Positions 30,251-39,039 of a stretch of 64,000 nucleotides of DNA are shown in pieces. The notes under the pieces are model-generated. The model ran no database searches. It was not told the origin of the DNA and saw only the letters and a list, made by a program, of their open reading frames with translations. The translations under genes were made by a program, and so were the position numbers. Source of the stretch: Perkinsela sp. CCAP 1560/9 (Eukaryota > Protista > Euglenozoa: Kinetoplastea); the NCBI GenBank assembly GCA_965644495.1, contig CBFFSA010000006.1:1-64000 (forward strand). Reading direction: 5' to 3'. The stretch's first letter is position 1. Every line of letters begins with the position of its first letter.

Positions 30251-31354
30251 ATGCTTACCACCACAACCCTGTGGTTGGCCATCCTCCTTGGCCTCCACCC
30301 CTCTCCCCTCCCTCCCACCACCACCACCCCTCCCACCACCCTCACCCCCTCCTCCAGCCTCTACCCCGACCCCGTAACCTACTGGAACGACCGCCCCCTC
30401 TACAACGACCCCACATCCCCGATCCCTGCACCCCCCGCACCCTATGCCCCCCCCTCCCCCTCTTCCCCCCCTCCCCCCCCCTCCCTGGCCCCCGAATCCC
30501 TCCACCCCTCCCACCCCCGCTGCCCCCACTCCTGGACCGGGCCCCAGTGCGACCTGTGCCCCCTCCCCTTTGGCGCCCCCCACTGCAACCGGTGTCTCCG
30601 GGACCGCAGCCTCCTGCAAGCCTGGCTCCACCCCTACCCGCACTGCCCCGCGGTGGTCCCCAGTCGTGCCCCCTGGGGGTATGCGACCCCGGAGGCCATT
30701 GCGGCAGCGGAGGCGGCTGGGTCTTCTTCTTCTTCTTCTTCTTTTTCATCTTCTTCTTCACCTTCTTCTTCACCTTCTTCTCCATCTTCTTTTTCTTCCT
30801 TTGTTCCTTATTGTAATGTGACTACACTGTGTGAGGGACGGGCGGAGCGGGCGGAGTACGACTACGGGAGTAAACGCTGTGTGTGCCGGCAGTGTACCCA
30901 CATGTGGGAGGGGGAGGGGGAGCGGTGTGAGAGCTGCCGGGCCCCGTTTAAAGGGGAGAGGTGTAACGAGTGTATGGACCCGAGCCAGGTGTACCCGGGG
31001 TGTAGGGAGACGGGGGTGTGGGGGACGGTGAAACGGGTGTGGGATTCCAGGTGGGGGAGGCTGGATTGTGGCGCGACGGCGTGGGAGGCGAATGGGGAAC
31101 CGAGACGGGTGTTTTATAATTGGGAGCTGGGGCAGTGTACGGCGGAGTGTACGCAGGGGTGGACGGGGAACCGGTGTGAGTACTGTCCGAAACCGTTTAC
31201 GGGGAGGAATTGTGATGAGTGTATAGAGGGCGACCGCTCGTTTCCGATGTGTTACGCCACGAATGAGGAAAATTTTCGTGCGAAGCGGCTGCATTTGTTT
31301 CGAGGAACGGCGGTGTTGCACCCAGTGGGGTATGGTGCGAATGTCACGGAGTAG
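30251..31354 (+). CDS. Secreted Cys-rich laminin-EGF-like repeat protein (paralog 1)
   Basis: Hydrophobic N-terminus; three W.G..C..C..PF.G..C..C....(Y/F)P.C units. Confidence 0.8.
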   Translation: MLTTTTLWLAILLGLHPSPLPPTTTTPPTTLTPSSSLYPDPVTYWNDRPLYNDPTSPIPAPPAPYAPPSPSSPPPPPSLAPESLHPSHPRCPHSWTGPQCDLCPLPFGAPHCNRCLRDRSLLQAWLHPYPHCPAVVPSRAPWGYATPEAIAAAEAAGSSSSSSSFSSSSSPSSSPSSPSSFSSFVPYCNVTTLCEGRAERAEYDYGSKRCVCRQCTHMWEGEGERCESCRAPFKGERCNECMDPSQVYPGCRETGVWGTVKRVWDSRWGRLDCGATAWEANGEPRRVFYNWELGQCTAECTQGWTGNRCEYCPKPFTGRNCDECIEGDRSFPMCYATNEENFRAKRLHLFRGTAVLHPVGYGANVTE

Positions 31355-31628
31355 AAAGCTTAACCAAGGGCGGAAGGGAAAAAGCCCCGAATGGAGTCTC
31401 TGTATGATAGATTACTTCACTAGACTACAAAGTAGTGCGATTAGGTTAAAAAACAGTTTTTGAGACTCGAATTCAGTTCTAGGAACGTACTAGTAGCCGT
31501 TAGTGAAAAAATGTAAGAGGAAAGACGTGCACCGAATCTGGAGTCTTGTACTACGACTGTATCTTTAAATCCTCCTACCCTTTTTACTATCAATTTTCAC
31601 AGTATTATTTTCACAATTTACCCCTGCC

Positions 31629-32504
31629 ATGATACACGCTGTGCCGCTCCTTCTCCTACTCCCCTCCGTCACCGCGTACATCACAACTCCGAACAACGTT
31701 AACGTGGGCAGAGTCTGCGGACGAAATATGCTCCTTGGAGACAACTGCGACCTATGCCCTTTCCCCTTTGGCGGTCCTCAGTGTGACATGTGTGTGATTG
31801 ACGACCGCGACGGGTCGTACCCTCACGCCTTACTCTTGAATCCTGAGCTCACCACGTCATCCTCTGATGGCGTCCGCGGAGTGTTCCCCTACTGCGGGGA
31901 CGGGAAGTATCTGTACGAGGCTCACTCCAGAGCAGCACAAGGCACCGACCACCATCCCCCGTGTAACCACGCCGTGACCTGCGGGGATCGTGCAGAGGAG
32001 GTCTATTGGAATGCCACCTCCCAACGATGCCTGTGCCGGCGCTGTACGTTTATGTGGGAAGGAGAGTGCTGTGAGCGGTGCCCTGCCCCGTTTGCAGGTC
32101 CTCGATGTAATCAGTGCACGGAACGCCTCCAGGAGTTCCCCTACTGCCGCAACCTCTCCTTCGTGAACCATTTGACCTCCCGTGAAGGCAAGATTGTGCG
32201 ACATGCGGAACGATTTACATGTGCTCTCCCACAAGGGGATGTGGGCCCCACTGCCCGCCATGGGTTCTACAGCATGGAGGAGGGACATTGTGTGTATGAG
32301 TGCAAGAATGGGTGGACCGGGGACCACTGCGAATTTTGTGCTAAGCCTTTTACGGGCGCCCGTTGTAATCAATGTATCAATGTCTCGCGGGTGTTTCCTC
32401 AGTGTTATGACGCAGAGGAGAAGAATCGGAGGGCAAGAACGCTGTATTCCCTACGCGAAACAGCGGTAATAAATCCTGTAGGGTACGCGACCTCCTTTGA
32501 ATAA
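31629..32504 (+). CDS. Secreted Cys-rich laminin-EGF-like repeat protein (paralog 2)
   Basis: Signal peptide MIHAVPLLLLLPSVTA; same three Cys units and shared TAV..PVGY tail. Confidence 0.8.
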   Translation: MIHAVPLLLLLPSVTAYITTPNNVNVGRVCGRNMLLGDNCDLCPFPFGGPQCDMCVIDDRDGSYPHALLLNPELTTSSSDGVRGVFPYCGDGKYLYEAHSRAAQGTDHHPPCNHAVTCGDRAEEVYWNATSQRCLCRRCTFMWEGECCERCPAPFAGPRCNQCTERLQEFPYCRNLSFVNHLTSREGKIVRHAERFTCALPQGDVGPTARHGFYSMEEGHCVYECKNGWTGDHCEFCAKPFTGARCNQCINVSRVFPQCYDAEEKNRRARTLYSLRETAVINPVGYATSFE

Positions 32505-32575
32505 GGAGGACATGACTGAGTAGTTTTTTATACAAATGGGTTGCATGACACAGTATTTTTTGTACTATAGGAATA

Positions 32576-32913
32576 CTCCTCTCTTTAATTTCTATAAATA
32601 TTAATTATAACAAAACAGAAAATTTATATTTGTTTTTTTATTTATAGAAATTAATGAGAATGGTTAGGCAAAAAGTCCTGATTAATGATAATATCCTGCC
32701 TGATGGAAAAACACTATTTTTCTGCGATAAGCTATCGCGGAACGTGAGATCCAAGGCCCTTGTCGGAAGTGAGGGTCAAATTTTTCTGCGGTGTTCTCCC
32801 TTCTATCCTAGCTTTTCCTGTTTTTTTTTTCAAAAGCATATTTTTTTGAAAAACTAAGATTTTTTTTCTGAAAAATTAGGAATGGTATTTATAGAAATTA
32901 ATGAGAAGAGGAG
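32576..32913. mobile_element. 338-bp TA-flanked MITE
   Basis: TA|CTCCTCTCTTTAATTTCTATAAATA ... TATTTATAGAAATTAATGAGAAGAGGAG|TA; internal TIR-core copy at 32639-32660. Confidence 0.75.
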
Positions 32914-33016
32914 TACTACTCTCCTCTTTATACACCATATGTTGTGACTCAGCATTTTATAATCTTTTTCTTAAAATATCTTTATAGGCATTTCCCCAAG
33001 AGATTCATTTTGATTT

Positions 33017-34537
33017 ATGCTATTTCCACTTGGAAGAATACTCGTTCTTTGCTGTGCGCTGCTACACAACAACTTCTACTTGTCTTGGCTTTCTACTGTG
33101 GCCGCTTCCACAGAGATTCGCATCACGGATGACCCAAGGCGAGTGATTGATTTTGGTACCTTTGGATATTCTAATTCAGGTGTTTTCGAGCTTGAAATCG
33201 AGGGCTTCTCTCTCAAAGATGCACACCTTCATGAAACGACAGAGCCCGTGGGATTTACTTTAGACGCCGTGCCGAGTGCGTCATATGCTCGTATGGAACG
33301 CAACTACGGCACTTTCGAAGAACCGATACGCGGGAAGTGCTTCATTGACGACCCGCTGGTGGTACCACACGTGGACCAGCCGAACCGACGCCGTACCATG
33401 CCCCTAGAAGACTGGTTACAGCATCGAGCCCCTCATGTGGCGCTGTCTGTTGACTTGCTTTTAGGGAAGTCCTTTTCTCACTTGGCTCCGATAGGGGCCG
33501 CAGAGTTCTCTGTTGACGCCACAACTTACAAAGTTCGATTTTTCATCTCAGAACCGAACCTATACGCTCTCTTTTTTTACAATTGTAAACAACCGAACAA
33601 GGAAGGCACTGACTCGAGCGCTGATTGGAATGATGGAGCTAGAGCGAACTTCGTGCTTCGATATTCAATGTACAATACAGAACCAAAAACGGGTCGCCGT
33701 AACTATCTAGGCATAGGATACGAGCCTCTCGTACGAGTTTACTACGTGGCTACGGCGCTGTTCCTTCTCCTTACCGTTCTGTGGATCCGAGACTGTTCAC
33801 TCCACAAACAATGGGTACATAAAATTCATCGTTTTATGACGGCGCTGATAGTCTTAAAGACGCTCAGTGCTTTCTTCACCTCAATGCGTTACGCCACCCG
33901 GGCTGCATCAGACTTAATCAATGCCTGGACCGTTTTTTACTATGTCTTTCTTACTTTGAAGGGTCTCGTAATGTTTACAGTTATCATGCTGCTCGGTACC
34001 GGGTGGAGTTTTCTGAAGCCATGCCTCAACGATCGAGATAAAAACGTCCTAATGTTTGTTCTTCCTTTGCAGCTTCTGATCAATATAGCAGCAATTGTCA
34101 TACAAGAAACGAGTGAAGGAAGCGTGGCCTGGGGCTTCTGGTGGGATATTCTCCCTTTGTTGGATGTAGTATGTTGCTGCGCTGTGCTTCTTCCTACAGT
34201 CTGGTCGATTAACACACTTGTCGAAACGGATGACGAGGAGAAATCACGTTTGAATCTCCATCGTCTACGTCAGTTTCGTACCCATTATCTTCTTATCGTA
34301 GGTTACATTTATACCACACGCATTGGGGTCAGTTTTCTGGAGAACATTTTGGCTTACCAGAACCTTTGGATGGCCTCAGTCGTGAACGAGGTTTGTAACT
34401 TCTTATTTTATGCCTACGTGGGACGCAATTTTCGGCCTCACCCGAGAGGTTTGTATTCACCGCTTCCTAATGATGAGACTCCACAGTCGACTGATTCTCT
34501 ACACAGAAACTACAGTGACGACATTTTCACACTTTAA
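33017..34537 (+). CDS. GPR107/GPR108-like (Lung 7-TM/GOST) membrane protein
   Basis: Signal peptide, FG.FGY...G, LYALFFYNC, HKIHRFM, LLGTGWSFLKP.L.DRDK, CCCAVLLP.VWSI, LRQFR..Y. Confidence 0.9.
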   Translation: MLFPLGRILVLCCALLHNNFYLSWLSTVAASTEIRITDDPRRVIDFGTFGYSNSGVFELEIEGFSLKDAHLHETTEPVGFTLDAVPSASYARMERNYGTFEEPIRGKCFIDDPLVVPHVDQPNRRRTMPLEDWLQHRAPHVALSVDLLLGKSFSHLAPIGAAEFSVDATTYKVRFFISEPNLYALFFYNCKQPNKEGTDSSADWNDGARANFVLRYSMYNTEPKTGRRNYLGIGYEPLVRVYYVATALFLLLTVLWIRDCSLHKQWVHKIHRFMTALIVLKTLSAFFTSMRYATRAASDLINAWTVFYYVFLTLKGLVMFTVIMLLGTGWSFLKPCLNDRDKNVLMFVLPLQLLINIAAIVIQETSEGSVAWGFWWDILPLLDVVCCCAVLLPTVWSINTLVETDDEEKSRLNLHRLRQFRTHYLLIVGYIYTTRIGVSFLENILAYQNLWMASVVNEVCNFLFYAYVGRNFRPHPRGLYSPLPNDETPQSTDSLHRNYSDDIFTL

Positions 34538-34623
34538 AAACAACAACAGATTTTTCTAGCTTTATCTTAGGTTCACCATTACTTAATTGACTCTACTTGT
34601 TCTTTATTGCGTTGGTTGGTCAG

Positions 34624-35000
34624 ATTGAACGAAGTTTGCACACTTTGTAAAAAAAATTCTAAAAGTGACCAAATATCAACGAATTCCAAAGAAAATCAAA
34701 ATGATGCAGACAAGACGATTTCCGCACAAAACAATGCCACATCCAACAAAACTCGTACCAGAGGGCTTAACCTCACTTAACCTCAATAAACGGAAGACGT
34801 GTGACACAGTTCATTTCAAGACACTCACAACAAAACCCACCATCAAAGTGATTGACCATGATTTCACCCGTACCTGAGAACGTAAAAAGGTCAAGGATAC
34901 AAGCGAAGATTCTAAACTATATCTTTTGCAAGCAACAGAAGCAAATAATAATAAGATCGTTTTAATTTGTTTTTGAAAAAGTGTGCAAACTTCGTTCAAT
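34624..35000. mobile_element. Degenerate MITE-like element bounded by a perfect 23-bp inverted repeat
   Basis: ATTGAACGAAGTTTGCACACTTT (34624-34646) and AAAGTGTGCAAACTTCGTTCAAT (34978-35000); outer termini and TSD not resolved. Confidence 0.6.
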
Positions 35001-35639
35001 TCCACCCGTTGGTTACTACCGCCCTCGATTATTGAAAACAACGAACAAAAACAGTAAAAAAAAAAGAGGAACACAGTAATAATAAAAGAAAAATTATAAA
35101 AGGGGCTCCGGTGGTCCAAATTTGACAAAACAAATTCGGAGCCTTGGGGTGTCCAGGGGGGTTCTAGAGGAAGGGGCATACCGCACTATTTTTTTTCGAA
35201 AAAAAGGCGTAGCCGGAGTCTTGGCGTACATTCCCCCTCTCACCCGGAGGTGACCAAGTTCTAATTCTCGGACCAATTCTCGGAATTAGTGCTCTGAAAG
35301 CGAAAGTACGCAAAAAGGACACCATTTTTGCCCACAAATAGGCTATGTTGTTGGCTCAAATGATTAGAAATCCCTTCGGTTTCTTGCGATTTCGAAGCCA
35401 AGTTTTCCTTTTTAGTCGCTTCGTTAGACACGGAGGTAGTTTTCAACGCGAAGTCCGTAGCATGAGTGACTTCTAAGTTGAAATCAACCACCGCGTTTAA
35501 CGAAGCAACTAAAAAAGAAAAATATATAGCGTTCGGAGAACGGATGAAGGAACTTTGTAATCCACTTTCTTTTCACGAGTACTTTTGGTCGTAGAGTTTT
35601 ACTCCACATGCTTGGCTGCTGTCAAGTGACACCTCAAAA

Positions 35640-36542
35640 ATGAACCACTCCGAAAATCAAAGCGCGCGTGACTTTTGTGATTCCTTGCCTGACGATCCAC
35701 GTCTTGGTCCGACTGATGTCGAACCCGCCGATCCACCGCTGAATCGTACCCATCCTTTTGCTACCATCGCGGCCTATCTTACTCGAGAAAGTGATGCCTC
35801 CGTGCATGCTACACTCGCCCACGTCCCCTTACGTCGAGATCGACCCACCCAAAGTGAGGAAATTAGTTTCCAGGAAAGTCTTGGAGTGAATTCTGGCCTT
35901 TTCAGTGATACTTGCCACTTCACATTGACGTCTCCAAATCTTGACCCCTATTTTGAAGTGGAACCACCACCCCCGCTTTTTCTCTCGCTACCACAGGGTA
36001 CTGATGAATCATGTGAGAATGTAGGATCAGGCGCACAGTCGAAGGAATGTTCTGAGCAATTGCAAAATGAAGAAACCAAATCGATCCCATTAAGTCCGCG
36101 GACCGAGCGTGTTTTCCGGACAATCCAAGAAAAACTGGAGAAGAAATACAAAGAAGTGACAACCAGTGATGGCCTGATGTCGGCAAGGACTGAAGCAGAA
36201 ATTGCAGAAAAAGGAAATGCCGCAGTACTAGAGGCGCTGCAGGATGCTCTTCCTGATGGAGAGCAAAGTAAGAAGCGTATATGTTGGAGATTTACAGCCA
36301 TTATCAATCGTCGTCATCGTATTAACCTTGGCTGTCTAACCCGGAAAAACGAGGCTCGAATGACGAGTTATACTCTGCCGAAAACAATTCGAAATCGCCC
36401 TCCTGGAACTGAAGAGGGCGCTCGAGCGACGCAAGACAAAGGCGGAGTAAAGTCAAACGTCTCAAGTTTTTCAGACAGAAAGGAACAAATGCCAGAAAGG
36501 TTTGATACCATGGTGGTTATCGCCACACCACACTATTGTTAA
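35640..36542 (+). CDS. Hypothetical protein
   Basis: 300-codon ORF on the cluster strand; no motif recognised. Confidence 0.55.
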   Translation: MNHSENQSARDFCDSLPDDPRLGPTDVEPADPPLNRTHPFATIAAYLTRESDASVHATLAHVPLRRDRPTQSEEISFQESLGVNSGLFSDTCHFTLTSPNLDPYFEVEPPPPLFLSLPQGTDESCENVGSGAQSKECSEQLQNEETKSIPLSPRTERVFRTIQEKLEKKYKEVTTSDGLMSARTEAEIAEKGNAAVLEALQDALPDGEQSKKRICWRFTAIINRRHRINLGCLTRKNEARMTSYTLPKTIRNRPPGTEEGARATQDKGGVKSNVSSFSDRKEQMPERFDTMVVIATPHYC

Positions 36543-37337
36543 TCTACTGCAGAAACGTGGAGTGAACACGCCCATGTATGTACCACAAAAAGCTTTCAAT
36601 TTGATGTGCACGTATCATCCCAGAGAAGGTAACCCATAACCGATATTTTTTACACATGTTTGAATAAAACGATTTATGTCATTCAAATAGACTCAACTTA
36701 ATTAGAATATATTAAAGCAAACAATAGAGAATATATTAAACAAACAAACGAGTCTATTTATTTTTATTGAAATTTCATTACGTGACTCCTATTTTTCGAA
36801 CACTGTTTGAATATTAAGGATACTTTTAAAGTCACATCACGAATTCATCTTGCACCACTCTATATTTCTTCACTAAATATTTTGGCTACACTATGAACTT
36901 GTATTCAACTACACCGCGCTACAATGATTGCTTGGAATATGTACAACTACATAGCTGCATTTTTTGTACAGTATACATGTATATTCACTTGAACTGGATT
37001 TACTCACTAGTTTCTTTCTGTTTTTCACCATAAGAAAGATCAAGCAGGAAATTATACTTTTTTCACTTTTTTTCACTGATGTGAAAGGTAGCGCCCTTGT
37101 TGCAGTGACCAATACACTATTTACAACATATTCAATCCCGTTCGTTTTCACAAGAAAAATGTTATGCACAAGGTTTTCGATACCGTGTAGATACGTGTAT
37201 ACCTATTTTGCTTGGGATCTAGTGTCGAGCTGGAGCTGAAAAGCTCTTTCTTCATTGCACATACTTTTTTTATTTTTATTATTATTATTATTCTCACCGG
37301 TTATCCGTTCACCGAACCCTTAAAAAATTCATTCGAA

Positions 37338-38654
37338 ATGAAGGCGGATCAGGACTTAACGAGGATTCCCCTCTCGTGCCCTTGTCTGGACCTAGAATTC
37401 CACCCACAACATGAATCGGTTGCTTGTGGCCTTATAAACGGCGAGGTTCTTATGTTCAATAGAGTGAACAAAGAATGGAAGCTGTACTACAAAATTGGAC
37501 GTCACACCCGATCCGTTCGATCGATACGCTTTGACAAAAATGGGACACAAATGTACACCGCCGGAGCCGATCGTCGACTACGATGTTACGATCTCGAGCA
37601 TGAGCACGAGACCTGGAAAACCTTACGCAAATGGCACGCGGGACCTGTGGAGCGATTAATGCTCATAGATAGCGGAAATGGAATAGATAGCTACCCTTTC
37701 TTAAAGAACACCTCTACGGTATATTCCAACACCGCGTTGCGTGGGACGCTCGTCGCGGGTGACACATACGGGGTGATTTGCGCCTATGACGTACGGAACC
37801 CAAAATCTCCCTCTCTCCGTTTTGAAGAGGATGGACACACAGACTACATCAGTGACTTGCTCTTTCTTGGGGATACGCGAAACGTGGTAACGCAGAAAGG
37901 ACCGAGTCTGCAGTATATCATGGCCTCTAGCTCCGGGGATGGAACCGTAGGGCTGTTCGATTTGCGACGCGCAGGGAAAGCACTTGGGTTCACCCAGGCG
38001 CTCAAATCACGTCAGGCGGACATTGTTGCAATGGATTGGGACATCGGAGCCGGTGGGGTAGACAGTCTTGTACACTGTGCGTTGTCAAATGGATGTCTGT
38101 GTTCATGGTCTGTATCTGATCTCACGACTAGCGTCGATGAACCGCGCAGAAGAAAGTGCTGTGGTAGTGGACTGAGTTGTCTTCACGTAATCAAGGAAGT
38201 AGCACCTAAGGCTACCCGCTTGCAACGCAGTCGGGCCCTTGTGGGCACTGAAGAAGCGAAACTGTGTTGCTTAGGGTTACAACCATATATGGAGATTTCA
38301 ACGGAAACTATTCATGAAGCAGACTCGGGTGGAGGTATTCACTGCTTCGCGCTGAGTTACTCATCTGAAATCTGTGTCATGGCGTGTGACGAGGATATAA
38401 ACTTCGTAGATGTTTCAAGATTTCTCCAAACCACGCTCACTGATTCTGCAGACACTGTATGTGAGTCTGGAAATCAAGTGGGAGAAGATTCGACCACGTT
38501 TCCTGCAAACGAAATTTATGGAACACACAAACATGAACCTATAGAAGATGAATCTTACGACAGATCTACTGGTGCGGTGCGTATATCTTGTGAGACAGCA
38601 AAAACCTCTAAGCAGTCCAAGAAGAATGACGACTTTTTTTCTCAGCTTGAATAA
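37338..38654 (+). CDS. WD40 protein, WDR55/JIP5-like
   Basis: DLEFHP..ACGLING.V, HTRSVRSIRF, HTDYISD, SSGDGTV..FDLR; C-terminal DDFFSQL. Confidence 0.75.
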   Translation: MKADQDLTRIPLSCPCLDLEFHPQHESVACGLINGEVLMFNRVNKEWKLYYKIGRHTRSVRSIRFDKNGTQMYTAGADRRLRCYDLEHEHETWKTLRKWHAGPVERLMLIDSGNGIDSYPFLKNTSTVYSNTALRGTLVAGDTYGVICAYDVRNPKSPSLRFEEDGHTDYISDLLFLGDTRNVVTQKGPSLQYIMASSSGDGTVGLFDLRRAGKALGFTQALKSRQADIVAMDWDIGAGGVDSLVHCALSNGCLCSWSVSDLTTSVDEPRRRKCCGSGLSCLHVIKEVAPKATRLQRSRALVGTEEAKLCCLGLQPYMEISTETIHEADSGGGIHCFALSYSSEICVMACDEDINFVDVSRFLQTTLTDSADTVCESGNQVGEDSTTFPANEIYGTHKHEPIEDESYDRSTGAVRISCETAKTSKQSKKNDDFFSQLE

Positions 38655-39039
38655 TACCACATCAGTGTCATTTGCTGCCTCACAAAAGCTTTCATTAGTC
38701 AATGCTACACTGTATCTAAAAAGGTAAGTTGTGAAGTATACTAGCTTGTGTTGCAAACTTTTACATTACTCTTATTTGTTTTTCTTCGATATGTTGATTT
38801 TCAGAAAACCTTGCGATTTCCTAACACCGAAGATGGAGATTGTCGATTCTTAACACCGGAGATTCTATTCAGCAGTAGCTCGCTCCGAAATTCATGGTGA
38901 TACAAACAGAGTTTCACGTACAGTTGAAAAGTATGGTAATGAAACCAGCTGACATTTGCTTGACCACACCTTCCACGATGGAAATCAATTGTGCACTCCA
39001 AAATATTCATCATTTGGTAAGGTTTCCTTCTTGGACGCA

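Noticed and set aside
35205-35280. Functional tRNA-Glu gene
   Set aside because: Anticodon and acceptor stems do not pair; kept only as a tRNA-like hint in findings.
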